Shown here: piece after piece, positions 49,398-62,650 of the stretch
Layout of the letters: each line of letters starts with the position of its first letter
Numbering within the stretch: position 1 is the first letter of the stretch
Assembly: GCA_964188305.1 (NCBI GenBank)
Contig: OZ076896.1
Reading direction: 5' to 3' (one strand)
DNA length: 64,000 nucleotides
Source: Podarcis bocagei
Lineage: Eukaryota
The notes under the pieces: generated by a model
What the model saw: only the letters and a program-made list of their open reading frames with translations
Told to the model about the DNA's origin: nothing
Database searches by the model: none
Translations under genes and position numbers: made by a program

Positions 49398-52038
49398 GAC
49401 CCAGAAATGGGTCACAGCAGACATCCTGTCTCAAAGCCTCCCATCTATGTAGATTGTTACATGTTAGAAGAGCATGTTAATGTCGATTGGGGTCAGCCAT
49501 TCCTCTCTTCCTCAAACAGCCCCAGGAACAATGCTATGTTACAATTGTTAATTGCATTTATCTATTCAAAAGCAAACAGGAATGCTATTGGGTTGTTTCA
49601 CTGGTGCTTGAAAAGCAGCAGCAATATCTCTATTGAAGAAAGGGTGGGGGGACTCTGCCAACTTGTCAGTACAGTAAGTCACCACCCTAAAAACCTCCCC
49701 ATTTAGCGGATGGATGGATGGATCCCAATCGAAATGTATGCATGTATGTTTGGGTGCGGGGGTAAATATTCAACCCCACCCCAATTCTGATTGTGAAAAG
49801 ATGCACACAAACACCTCCCATCTGAAGCCGTTTGTGGAAGGCAACAGATATGCAATAATTCTCAATTGTTGCTCGCTCTTTTGTTAACTCCATTGTTTTT
49901 GTTGTCTTACCAGCCTCTCCTCCAGATAATTTCTAAAGCCTGACTTTCAGCTGCTTTCTCTTGAAAGGGGTGCACAGAAAAACCCCCACTCAGCTGCAGA
50001 TGCAGACTTTCTTCAGCTTTAATGATCTGAACAATCTCTTAAGAATTTTAACAAAGCAAAGAAAGCAATAATAACAATTCACTTTTTCCCAGTATTATTC
50101 CAAACAATGAAGAGATTCTGGCACTTTTTACTGAATTCAATTTTCTGTCACTGAGGCAGAGAAGACAGAGTCAGGCAAAACACAGGGGAAAACAGAGCCA
50201 TAATGATATATGAGTGCCTTCTGAAATCTTGCCATCTTGTGCTTCGTATCAGCACATTTGAAAAGGCTTGCTCTAAAATCCAAATTAACTACCAAGCCTT
50301 CCTGAAATATTAAATTTCTCCATGGCTAAGAGCAGGCAGAAAGCAATATTGATTTAATCCTCAGCTGCCTACCATGAATGAGATCATCACACTTGCATGA
50401 AATGTAAATTAAGGCTGTTAAGATATTAAGGATGCATCAGTCTATCATAGCTCCAAAATCAACATTATTATTTTCTTCACTGGGTTTTCATAGCACTCAT
50501 TTCTGGCAATATATAATTGTTCCAGACAGTTTGTGCTGCTTTCGTTTCTCCCTTAAAAATTATTATTGCAGAGGACGCTTTACCCGTTATCTTTTCAGGT
50601 GTACTTCCACAGGGCATGACCTCTTAGCCCCATCCCCTATATGGATTATTTCAGAGAGAAAAAGCCTCCATTATGCATTATGGGGATTTTCTCTGGAATC
50701 ACACAACTCTGGAGAGCATATGTGGATGGGTCTATGCACCTGAAAAGGGTGAATACAACACTTGCAATTTATAGAGCTCAGAATTTTCATGTTACTAGAC
50801 ATTTCTCTTTGAAGTGGAGATGTGACAATCTAGAAACAGTTACAAATAAACGTTTTGTACAGGCAATATGGTGCAATGGTTATCGACTTGGACTAATCCT
50901 TGCTCAGCCACTCAACTCACTGGCTGACCACTTACTGTATCTGAAAATAAAGATGAAGAGGACCACATATGCTGCCTTGAGGTCTGTGGAGGAAAGGCAA
51001 GTTATAAATACAGCACGCTATGGTGTAGTCATGCGAGTTTGTATGAAAACACCCACCTATCTTTGGGTGGTCTCCGAATAGTTGATATTCATGTGAGTGT
51101 TTATGAGCAATCTGTATGGCTGACCACCCAAACTGCCCTACCAGAGGGCTTTACCATTTGAATAATAGCCTGAGGCAGCTTCGAGAATTGCATTGCAGAA
51201 TGTGAATTAAGAGTAATTTTACAAGACGGCTACGTTTCGGTTCTCGGGAATGTTCAAATTTGATAAATTCCAAGTGAATCAATTCTTTCCCCCCATTGCA
51301 ACTCTGGAGTGATCAGCTTTTTAACATCTGCATCCACGTTCTCGCACACATACACAAAGAGAAAATGCAAAGGAGAGGCACAGAGAGGAGATAAAAGCAG
51401 CCAGGTTCACAAAGCGCAGTGTCCTTGTGTGACCCCTATAGCATGCTGGCTAACACGCCCGGCAGCTATTAGATGATGTGGACTGACACACACAGTTCCT
51501 ACTGTCAGCAGTGGAATGTCACAATGGAAAACATAAATAATGCTTCCTGACACTTGGCAGATAAACGGCTTTAGAATCCTCCCCCTCCCGCACCACCTAT
51601 CACCATGTGCGGGGATTCACTAATGAAAAACAGGGATTAAAGGCTGTCAATCACATGACAAGTGTGGGGAACTGTTGAAGTTAAGGCACAGACAGGTAGA
51701 GAAGAAAAGCTTGCCGGTCGATGTTAAATGTCAAACTCATTTTATTTTCAATCTGCATTTTACTAAACTGCTAATTTTTCGGTTTAGGTTTTGTAACTGG
51801 ATTGCCTTGCATGCATTTTGAGAATGCATTTTGTTTTATGTTGCTGCAATTGTGTGTGGAAGCGGCCTTGAGAAGCCCTTGCAGTGCAGTGTAATGGTTA
51901 AGAGTGTTGGCTTGAGACCAGAGGTCAAATCCTTCTTCTACCATGAAGCTCATTTGGACCAGTCGCTGTCTCTCAGTCTAAGTTGGGGGGCTAAAATGGG
52001 GAGCACCACCTTGAGATCCTTGGAGGAAAGGCAGGATA

Positions 52039-52391
52039 GGTAAGGTAAAGGAAATCCTGACCATTAGGTCCAGTCGCGACCGACTCTGGAGTTGCAGCGC
52101 TCATCTCGCTTTACTGGCCGAGGGAGCCGGCATACAGCTTCCGGGTCATGTGGCCCGCCTGACTAAGCCGCTTCTGGCGAACCAGAGCAGCGCACGGAAA
52201 CGCCGTTTACCTTCCCACTGGAGTGGTACCTATTTATCTACTTGCACTTTGACGTGCTTTCGAACTGCTAGGTTGGCAGGAGCAGGGACCGAGCAACGGG
52301 AGCTCACCCCGTCAGGGGGATTCGAACTGCCGACCTTCTGATCGGCAAGTCCTAGGCTCTGTGGTTTAACCCACAGCGCCACCCGCATTCC
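52039..52391 (-). mobile_element. Sauria SINE
   Basis: Closely similar to 11345-11700. Confidence 0.9.
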
Positions 52392-53499
52392 AGGCATGCA
52401 ATAATAAAAATAAACAAATGTAACTTCTAAAATAAATAAGCAATATTTTATTTTTGTCACTGCATCTTTATCTTAATATTTTTACTGAACTTCAAAAGTC
52501 AAAGTGAATACGCTACAGAAGCAACACTTTTATTTTTGAAATTCAATTAAAAATACAATTCATCGTGTCTTCTGACATCAAAATTAACCTTAAGAATTTA
52601 TTTTGGTTCTATTATTAAACAAAGTTACAATTCGTTGCACCTTTCTGACATTAAAATTAGTTATAACATTCTCTCCCACTGGTGTCTTCATTATACTTCC
52701 TCTGCTTTCTACGCACGCTGATTTAGCCTGATTCAGACACTGACAAGCACTGCCTTGTTTTTGATGAAATGCATATTTAATCTTGAGGGCTCAACACCAC
52801 AGCTCTGATGGCTGCTGATGTGGCTTGGTCAAGTCATGCGGCAAGACACGGCTGCAAGCCTGAAACCCCCATCACATGGAAGCAATTTTTCACCAACAGC
52901 CACACCGTGCTATTTTATTAACTTAAGCTAATGCTCATGTGTTTTTGTTTTTTAAAAAAGAACAACTGGAAAATAGCTTAACATTAATGGGACTGTTGCC
53001 ACCCTGTCCTATATTTCCACTGATGTTGTCCGCCCTTTTCCCTTCCTCTCCCTTTATTTGCCCACCATTTTATTGTGATTTAATTGATTTTCATGCTATT
53101 TCAATACAGGATTTCCAGAATAAGCAGTCCAACGAACATAACAGGAGCTGTTCCTCCATTTTCAGCTGATTTCAAAGACGGTGGTCATAGGATTGGCTTT
53201 AGCACATCTTTGCTGCACCTATTTTGGGCTGCTTTGCAACAATGTGCTGAATCAGTTGTGGTGATGCGCTAAATCCAACACACAGCTGGCTCAGAAATCA
53301 ATAAAGTCAACTTGAGTTGATTTCACCATGTCAAGAAAAGAGCCAGAAAGGTTCATCCTTTATCATTTGAATAACAAACTAATTTTAAGGGTTCAAAAAC
53401 TTAGGGAACGATTTGGAAAACATTACTTTGCTTCTCATTTGAGAACCTGTGCGTATTGATAATAGAGTCCTGTACACTAGAAGTGTCTACTGTGTTATA

Positions 53500-53746
53500 C
53501 AGTGGTACCTTGGTTTATGAACTTAATCCATTCCGGAAGTTCATTCTTAAACCAAAGTGTTCTTAAACCAAGGCGTGCTTCCCCATAGCAGCAGGGGACT
53601 AAAAAATGGAACACACTCAACAGGAAGCGAAACATGTTCTTATTCCAAGGCAAAGTTCACAAACCGAAACACCTACTTCTGGGTTTGCAGCGTTCTTAAT
53701 CCAAGTTGTTTACAAACTAAGCTGTTCTTAAACCAAGGTACTACTG
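53500..53746. mobile_element. Tc1/mariner MITE
   Basis: TA TSD; CAGTGGTACCTTGGTTTA / TAAACCAAGGTACTACTG. Confidence 0.85.
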
Positions 53747-55369
53747 TACTTTGGGAAGCCAATGATCTTATTTTCAAAATTTGTGGTGAAGTTTGCATTT
53801 CCTAAGAGATTACATGAAACCTTTAGATAAGGGGTAGGGAACCTGTGGTCCTCCAGGTGTTACTGACTTACAACTTCCATCATTCCTGACCATCGGCCAT
53901 GGGGCTGATGGAAGTTGGAGCTCAACAACTTTTGCTTCTCTACTCCTGCTTTATATATTTTGTAGGATCCTGGTGGTGTTCTCATATTTAGACTTTCAAC
54001 CAGACAACTGCCTTAATGTGAGGGTTAATAGCTAGTTGGACATGATCAACCCAGCGAATGGTGCCTTTTAGATAACATATCCTTGGTAATAATGAGTAAA
54101 CGATCTAATTTAGCTTGTCTCGAACCATAACACGTACTCATGCTATGAAATGCCACTTCTGTTTCCCCACTCACCTCCGCTTTTTCTCTCTACCTACTGA
54201 TAAGATTTGAGACTCGTGTTTTTCTGTTCAACGTAGCTGAATATAGCTCAGCTTGTTAACCAGATATAAGCAGCCCACAGAATTTCACATGCTCAAGGTT
54301 GCGCATTAATCATGAACGGCATTTAAGTCTCGTTTCCCCTTTCCTCTACACTGTTTTAAGAGAGATAAAATGCCCCAGAACCTAAATCTTTTTATTTCCC
54401 TCTTGACAAACAAAATCCAATTAAGCACACTTTTTGAAGTCTATATAAACACCTCTGAAATTTCCCCTGTAGAAATTGCTCACTAAAGAGATTCTCATTT
54501 GTTCCACAGACATTTTGCCTTCTGGCTTAGGTTCAGCTCATTTAATCATGGAAGCCACCACACTGGATTGGATGTGGAAGCCTACAGCTGTTTTGAGAGA
54601 TAGATCTGTACTTCAACAAGCTTTGGGAGGGTGGAGGGGAAGAAGATGGCAATGTGCACGGATATATTTTTTCAAAAACAAGCGAACACCCCACACAGCA
54701 TTTCCTTTGAAGAAAAGCCAAAAATAGAAGTTTACAGACAATGGCAAACATCTATCATCCTTTTCATTCTGGGTGCAGGCACTTTACTATGCACACAAGT
54801 ATTCAGTGATCCAGTAAATGGGTATCTGACTAAAATGCTGATGTGTAGATTGCAGTTTTCATGATCTATCACTGCTGTTCCTTTAAGAGGAAAGAGTATC
54901 AGCTCACAACACTCAGCAATGCTGCACGACAAGCAAGAGGAAATACAGTAAATTCAAAGAAGCAACACTGTGGTGTGACTGAAAGGTTTTCCATAGCACA
55001 TCTCTTAACTCAGCACATTCAAGAAATCAAAGTATGGGCTACACCAAGCTTTCTGGAGAAATGGGTACTCCTATTATCTCCCTGGAAGTAGTAATAAAAT
55101 GACTAGGTTTAATAGCATCTAACCCACAATTTGACTTGTTAGGGTCATACCCCAGAAATAGGCTTGTTTCACCACATTTCTGCTCTGGAATATTCTGCCT
55201 TTTAAAATCCTTTTATCCATGGAGAGATCAGCTGAAATATGCAGGCAGCATTCTAACCAATTCCTCAAGTAGTAAGTAGAATTTGCTACCATTTTCCCGT
55301 GTTCTGACCAATAGGTAGAAAAACAATGGGAAAATTAAACAATCATTTAGCCCCCCTTTTAGTACTATA

Positions 55370-55599
55370 CAGTAGTACCTCGGGTTACAAACACCTCGGG
55401 TTACAAACACTTCGGGTTACGACTCCGCTAACCCGGAAGTAGTACCTCAGGTTAAGAACTTTACCTCAGGATGAGCACAAAAATCGTGCGGTGGCAATGG
55501 GAGGCCCCATTAGCTAAAGTGTTACCTCAGGTTAAGAATGGTTTCAGGTTAAGAACAGACATCCGGAACAAATTAAGTTCATAACCAGAGGTACCACTG
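55370..55599. mobile_element. Tc1/mariner MITE
   Basis: TA TSD; CAGTAGTACCTC / GAGGTACCACTG. Confidence 0.88.
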
Positions 55600-57659
55600 T
55601 AAAAACAAATCTATTAAAAATATTTTAATACACATTGCTTTTATAGATTATTCATGGTTTACAGTGACACTGGCTCACTACAAAATATCTTGCAACAGGA
55701 TAGTGCAACACAGAAGCATATTTTTTTTCACGTGAAAGTGGTAAGGAGACGTTACCACACACACACACACCCTTCAGCATAAAACTGGCCTTGCTTAATT
55801 GATAATCTATTTGAAGCCCCAATATTTCCTTCTTTCCTCAACGCGGCATTTACTCTTCACCACAGCTTCGTATATCCCTGTACTGTACTGTTCTCTCCCA
55901 TTCTTGCTTTAAAGCTTAATCCATTTGCAGACGGCACATCGCACAGTGCCTCTGAAAAAACTACTCCGGCAATTTGCTCCAAAAATAGAATGCTAAAAGC
56001 ACTCGGAACGCGCTTGTGGAAACTGTGTATGTGTAAGAGGCAGAGGGAGAAACAAGATAATGTGCAGCCCTGCAGAAAGCTGTGGCTTTCTCCCACTTTT
56101 CATTAGGTGTTCAAACCACTAATGGGTAGCTGGAGTTCTTACAGGTAACCCTTGCTCATATCTCTTTGTCCTTCAGAGAAAGAAAGTTCACCGTCTTTGA
56201 CAACAATAGAAAATGACCGTGGATTAGGTAACATCACCGACCCAGAGTACACAAAACAGGGAATAACAGTTGTGGATGAATCATTAGGAGTGTGCAAGTT
56301 CTAGGTTGCTACAATAAGCTATTATCTTCTTTCACATAGTAATTTATAGGGATCAAGAAGATTTAAAAACCACCACCACTGCCTTAGGTTCAGTTGTCAG
56401 GAAACCATACAAAATTATATCCTGAAGCATTGGGAGGGTGGAAGGATGTTCCTAGATGCCAAAGCTGTCTTTCCTTTGCTCAAACTTGTACTCTAAAAAG
56501 GTGCCTTATGCTTCCTTCCTACAGATTCCTGTAAAACTTAATAACCACCTAGATATAAATACAGAATTCCCAACACAAAACAAATATTTTTAAAAGGGGG
56601 CATTGCTGCTGGAAGGAGAGAGGAAACAAAAGTTACATGAAGAAGCTTGTATTTATGATCAGTGAATTAAATAAAGCTTGCTGCAGGCCTGTGTTTAGAG
56701 CCCAGCAAAAAAACTGCATATCACCTTCTTAAATAACTCTGCTAGTTGCCAAAAGCTTCCTGGAGTCAGAATCCAGTAGTCAAGATTCAACAGAAAACAG
56801 AGGGATAGGGGGAGATAATTTCTCATATATGTCAGATTGCCAAGCACATTACTGAGCTGGTAACTATTAACTATAGAAGTGCTCAAATGGTTAGCGCAAG
56901 GTTTACTTTCACAAAGGATAAATAGATTGAGGATGTTAGCTACACTTGTTCTTTGACTGAGCACCTGGTGATCCTTAATATTTTGCACATCTTCTTTTTC
57001 ATACCTAATATTTGATAAAGGCTCCGTCTCCTGATGTCCATGCGCCACATATAATTGTTTATCCACATCCTCAAATCCATGCTGAAATCTAATCCAAGAG
57101 ACATAGATGCAGGTTTCATTATTTGCATTCAATATAAGAATTGAGGAGAATTCAGTTCAGTCCACAAACAAACTAACCTAATTCTTACCTCCAGGACTCG
57201 TACACAGATTGGAAAACCAATACTGTTTGGATTCTATACCTCTCCAAAATTTGCAGTACAGTTCTTAGCTCAATAAACACTCCCAAATGCAATTAAATAA
57301 CAACAACAAAAATGGGTATTTTAGAAAATACTGTTATAAAGTTTACATTGATATACAAAAACATATTTAAACTAAATTAAATTAAAGCAGAACTTTGTGG
57401 GTTGTTTTTTAAATCAAATTATGGTAATGTGGAAATGGGACATAACAGATATACGAATAAACATATACAAAACTGACCATTTCCAGATTTATATTAAATT
57501 CAAAGGCCTGAACACTGGATTAAAGTTTTTCTTCTCTGATTGGAAATTCTGAACTTAATTGGCTTTGGGGGGGGGTGGGGGAAGGGAGTGTTGCCACACA
57601 CTTTAGGCACATCACCAAGTGTCTAACTCTCAAAGCAACAACACACGCCAGGACCATAT

Positions 57660-59286
57660 AAAAGTATGCACGTCATCCTTTTTATTTCATAGTCAACAAT
57701 GTCGTTCCACAGGGTAAAATCAATAAATAATGTTTAATCAATAAGTGTAAAAACCCTCTTTGGCATTGGACGGTATTCTTCTGGTCAAACTAAAAGCTAT
57801 GTAGGAATAGTTCCTTAAGAAATCATTCTTCACTACAATATAACGGTGCAAGTTGTAATAATTACTAGCGCTCCCTCAAAGTTAAACAAAATCTTTTGAC
57901 AGATTCTGCAGGTTTGACATAACTGTGGGGGAAAGGTGTCAAAGATGAGACAAAGCCTAGTTTTCCAAAGCATGTGCTCCCTTCTCTAATTCTTCCCAAG
58001 AGATAAATAACCCTGTCTTTCTACTCAGAAAAGTCAGAACAGTGTCAGGAATTATTAGAATTATTCTTATTATTCTTTTTAAATGATTTTGTTTCACAGT
58101 CAATTTCTTCAAAATTGAAGCTTTCACTTCTAAATAACTTACAGATCAAAAACATTAAATGGTTGTACACTGCTTCAGTAATAAACTGCACATCCTAAAG
58201 AGACTAACAAACAAAATTATCCATTATTTTTAAATGCTATGGTTAAGCCAAGATAAATTAGGATTTTTTTTGACATGATTTTTCAAAGAAACATTTTAAA
58301 TCAGTGCATTCGACATGATTCATAATCCAGTAAAAGCCTTCAAGGCTTTTTTTTTAAACAAACAAACAAACCCAAATCGCAAATCCAGGTTTAAAAAGTA
58401 GTATTCAGTGCTGTAAATAAACTGGAATGTTCAGGTGCAGTGCTAAAATGTGGTCTAGCAAGACCCTCCCCGCAACAATAATAATGTAATATGATAGTTC
58501 TAGAATCTAAACTAGTATTTGTATACTGCAGATGCAGATGCAGCTGTTCACGATGTATATACACAACATAAAGATCCTCATGTAGGTGTTAAGACAACTT
58601 TTTAAAAAGAAACAAACAAAACTAAATTAAAATCAGTTAATGTTTGCCTTCCAATATTCCATTTTTCTCCAAAACAGTTGAAGTTTGTTTTTGTTTTAAT
58701 TACAATGAAATCAATTTGAAACTTGAAAAGTAATTCAATTACATTTTTTTAAAAGTTGTAGTAACTTAAGTACTCAGGCTTAATTTCATCATTGGATTTT
58801 TTTTTTCGTTTTGCTTTTTCCCCAGTGCAAAACCAGTTACGGCAAACGTAAACTGGATTCTTTTAAAGAGCACATGGGCTTACTCAAACATATTTTTCCT
58901 ATGATGCAAAAGTCATTACATTTACACACATATGCTTAGTATTAAGTAAGAGTGTGGTTCAGTGCTTATCCATGAGTAATTTCTTACAGCAAGTCCAGTT
59001 AGAAACAGAAGTCATAGTACACCGATTTCCGAATTTATATCGTCACAAGTCCAGGTATCCATGTGCAAAACCCCGTTTTGTTATACTGTTCTAAAGATAT
59101 CTGCAGACAGAATTTCCAAGTAGTTCCTTCTACGTGATTTCCACCCCATGCTGTCTTCACAATCTTACTCATACAAACAGCGGTCTGGTAACACTTTGCT
59201 GCTGCAGCAGCCAAGAACCCCGTGCATGGCTTGTCCACCTTGTAAAGAGCTTTTTGATGCGAAGATTAGCCAAGGGCAATTTATCT
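57660..59286 (-). other. MACIR: MACIR 3' UTR (approximate end)
   Basis: No recognisable TE in this AT-rich stretch after the stop; minus-strand AATAAA at 57681-57686 and ATTAAA at ~57733. Confidence 0.55.
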
Positions 59287-59913
59287 TCATGTGTTGTTCT
59301 GAGCAAACATACGGTCCCCTCTTAGGGTGAGGTGTTGGAGCTGATACTGAAGTACGTCTGTGTCGGCTGGTTCCTTGATGTTCATTCTGTCCAGATTGAG
59401 GTAGTCTAGGGATTTAGAGTGAGCCCTTTTACCCTTGAAAAGGCAAAGAGGCAAAGGACCGTGAAAAGCCTTGTAGGGTTCATAAGGTAGTGGCTTGGTG
59501 CATTTATCCCCTGAGCTGGGCATCCGCCTCCTTCTCCGGCCATTGATAGCCGGGATCTCGTAAGGCTGGTAGTACCTGCTTCTGGCTTTACACACCCGGG
59601 AGGAGCGGGAAAGTCCTGAATCGAGCTGTTTGGAACGCAAAGTAGGCACTACCGCTTCGACTTTGTTCTCCTCCCCTACAGTGCACTTCTGAGCTAATTT
59701 CAGCAACTCCTCCCCTGTCGTGAAGCCAACCAAATAGTTAGAATCCATGTGGAGGATCTGGTAGCCTGAAACAGTTTGGCGCATCGGCGAACATGGGGTG
59801 CTGGAGCAGCGAGGTTTCTCGGACTCGGCCTTGCCGGTGGCACTCACATCAGCAATAGGCAATGGGAGAGTAGCTAGGATAGACCTGGACTCCCCATTAA
59901 TGTCAACTTCCAT
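59287..59913 (-). CDS. MACIR: Macrophage immunometabolism regulator (C5orf30), 208 aa, complete CDS in one exon
   Basis: MEVDINGESRS...KPRCSSTPCSPMRQTVSGYQILHMDSNYLVGFTTGEELLKLAQKC...NGRRRRRMPSSGDKC...LQYQLQHLTLRGDRMFAQNNT is recognisably MACIR. A TTTCCAG acceptor at 59935/59934 lies 21 nt upstream of the ATG, so the 25 extra residues in the ORF track are intron/UTR. Confidence 0.96.
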   Translation of the reverse strand: MEVDINGESRSILATLPLPIADVSATGKAESEKPRCSSTPCSPMRQTVSGYQILHMDSNYLVGFTTGEELLKLAQKCTVGEENKVEAVVPTLRSKQLDSGLSRSSRVCKARSRYYQPYEIPAINGRRRRRMPSSGDKCTKPLPYEPYKAFHGPLPLCLFKGKRAHSKSLDYLNLDRMNIKEPADTDVLQYQLQHLTLRGDRMFAQNNT

Positions 59914-59996
59914 TTTAAATATGAATCGGCTAGCCTGGAAATACAAAAACAAAACAAAAAGCAGTTTGATTAGTGTGTTGCAATGCACAGAGCGGC

Positions 59997-59997
<1 letters not shown>

Positions 59998-60037
<40 letters not shown>

Positions 60038-60345
60038 TTTTATTTATACCCCGCCCTCCCCAGCCAAGGCTGGGCTCAGGGCGGCTAACAAGCAATAATA
60101 AAAACAAGTTGAATGAATACAACTTAAAAACAAGATTAAAATACAATTAAAATATTGAAACATTAAAATATTAAAATGCAGCCTCATCACAGGAGGAGAA
60201 AGGAAAAAGGAAAAAGAAAGCGGGGGAGCCAGGTTGAAAACCCTGGCTCTGGTTGAAGCTAATCTAACTTCCTTAGGGCCCGGGACCACTAGGGTGTTGC
60301 TATTTATGGACCTTGAGGCTCTCCGTGGGGCATACCGGGAGAATT
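59998..60345 (-). mobile_element. L2-clade LINE 3' end with (ATT)n tail in the last MACIR intron
   Basis: SRYAPRRASRSINSNTLVVPGPKEVRLASTRARVFNLAP remnant, 3' stem-loop region, microsatellite tail 59998-60036. Confidence 0.75.
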
Positions 60346-62179
60346 TGAGATTTGCTTCTTTGTGGCCGCCATTTCTCAAGTGATCCCAAGTTCCAAAGAC
60401 TAGGCTAGGGTGGAAAACCTGCAGCTTCATGTTGGTGGGGGAAACCTGGGGGGGGGGGAGGACGGTGAGGGAGAGGGGAAGCCAAAACAGGCAGAGCAAT
60501 GGAACAAGGCGGGGAGCTGTCTGCAAGCAAACAAGTTTAGACGTCTGGCAAGGAAAAGGGAAACCAGGTGGTGTGGGTAGAGGGAAAAGAGAGCCCCAAT
60601 GGGCTAAGTGGTAAAAGGAACGTGTGAGGCAAGAGCGATCCATCCCTCCCCTAAGCAAGCGAGGAAGGGGGAGAAAGTGAGAAAGGGGTGGCAGAGAGAG
60701 AAAGAAGGGGTGGCCTGCCCTGCCCATTTCCAGCATCCAGTCCCCAAAGGAAAGGAAAAGTTGCCCACCCATGCTTTAGATTTTCATGGGCCAGAGTAAG
60801 GCCATGCATTGTAAGAGAGTTGGACTTGGATTCAAGTCCCACTTTTGTCATGAACCTGCCCTGTAGCCTTAAAGACCTTGCTTAGCTCCCAGGTTCTGTT
60901 CCCAAAATAGGAACTGTGGCCTGTCTACAATGTGAAGCCAGACACAATAACCACTGCAGAACCCCATGGATATGCAAACATTATATACTGTACACAATAA
61001 ATAAGATTACAGTGAACACAATTCCCAGGTCTTGCCTGGTACTGAAGCCACACAACAGATCAGCTGAAGGCATTTTGACTAAGCCCAACTTGGACGTCTG
61101 AAAGAGAGACTACTAGCAAAATAGTAGATCTTAAGTTTTCGCATGCTCACAGTTCAGAAGCTGAACTGGTGGATGTGAAGGTCAAAATATCACTAAGTTT
61201 TTTTTGAAGACATACACACACATTAAAAAGCAGCTACTTTTCCAGAAGGTATCTTGGGCTTCCTCCTCTGTAGACCTCAGTGAGAACAGCTTCCTCTGAA
61301 GCTGGTCTGACCTTGTACATCTCCTATTCAAGAACCACTGAAGCAACTGGTGCATGCCAAGTGAAAAGCTACGAAAGTAATCTAACTACAATCATGTACA
61401 TTTCTCATTACTTTCCGTGGGACTGCTTATTTATGTAAAAAGTCTTTTTCCACCTCTCAGTGAACATTACCTTTTTAACATCTGGTTTAGAGAGGGAAGA
61501 AAGTCAGCATGTCCTCACACAAACCTTCCAAAAGTAGATTAAGAGTACGTGATCCATAATCTGTGTTCACTGTGAAATGCTCACAGACAGCTAGCTGCCT
61601 GACCCCAAGAGAATCAGCAACCTTGATTGCATCTATCTAGTACTTGACACGACAAAAGCTTCAGGTGAATAGGAAGGCGTCTTTGAAAGTTATTTGCACT
61701 AAATCTACTATAGGGATGTCAAATCAAGTGGCAAACAATGATAGAGTCTTCCAAACATTTTTCAGTCATTTAGAAGCTTGCCTTATACACACACCAATCA
61801 AAAGAAAATATACTCTGAAAGATCTATATTTGTGACTTCTTTCTCAATCCTACTCACAGTTACTTGGAAACACATTCTGTTGATCTTTCATGGACTCATT
61901 TTTACTTTAAGTAAATGTATTTAGGTCTAAGATTCCAAGAAAAGGAAGCAAGATATCAATTTCTAGAACTAAAACCTACAACTTTTATAGCTTTAAGTAA
62001 ATTTCAAAATGTAGAATTTCATACCAACAAAATACACATTTTAGCAATCTGGTTTATCTTTTTTCAAGCTGTAAAAAGAGGCACATCTCATCTAAACATA
62101 TGCTCATAAACATTATTATAGAATACGTAATATATTGTCAAAACGGAAAGGGGGAAATCTTGAAAGCGAGTTTCAAATA

Positions 62180-62650
62180 CAGTGGTACCTGCGGTTGTGA
62201 ACGGGATCCATTCCAGAGGTCTGGCCGCATCCCAAGGAATTCACAACCGGAGGACCGCTTCTGCACATGCGTGTGGCACGTAGAACGCTTCTGCGCATGC
62301 ACGTATGGCGAAACCCAGGAAAATACAGTGGTACCTCTGGATACGAACAGGATCTGTTCCAGAGCCCCATTCGCATCCTGAAGTAAACGTAACACGCGAC
62401 TGCACGTCTGTGCGTGCGAGGGTCGCGTTTCGCCACTTCTGCGCATGAGCGTGACGTCATTTTGAGCGTCTGTGCATGTGGCGAAACCTGGAAGTAACAC
62501 GTTCCGTTACTTCCGGGTCATCGTGGAGCGCAACCTGAAAATACTTAACTTGAAGCTACTTCAACCCAAGGTATGACTACTTCTGGGTTTGCTGCATTCG
62601 CATCCCGAAGTTTACATATCCAGATTGATACGTAAGCGGAGGTACGACTG
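62180..62650. mobile_element. Nested Tc1/mariner MITEs (inner copy 62326-62577)
   Basis: Two TA-CAGTGGTACCT starts (62178, 62324) and two ends (AAGGTATGAC-TA 62577, GAGGTACGACTG-TA 62650). Confidence 0.78.

Noticed and set aside
56695-57132. 145-aa minus-strand ORF downstream of MACIR
   Set aside because: Non-ATG start, no recognisable domain or splice support; likely chance.
59914-59988. 25-aa N-terminal extension of MACIR in the ORF track
   Set aside because: It crosses the splice acceptor and pyrimidine tract; the known protein starts at MEVDING.
61312-61490. Possible MACIR 5' UTR exon (acceptor at 61482; donors at 61470 or 61311)
   Set aside because: Splice-like motifs only; cannot be distinguished from cryptic sites without transcripts.
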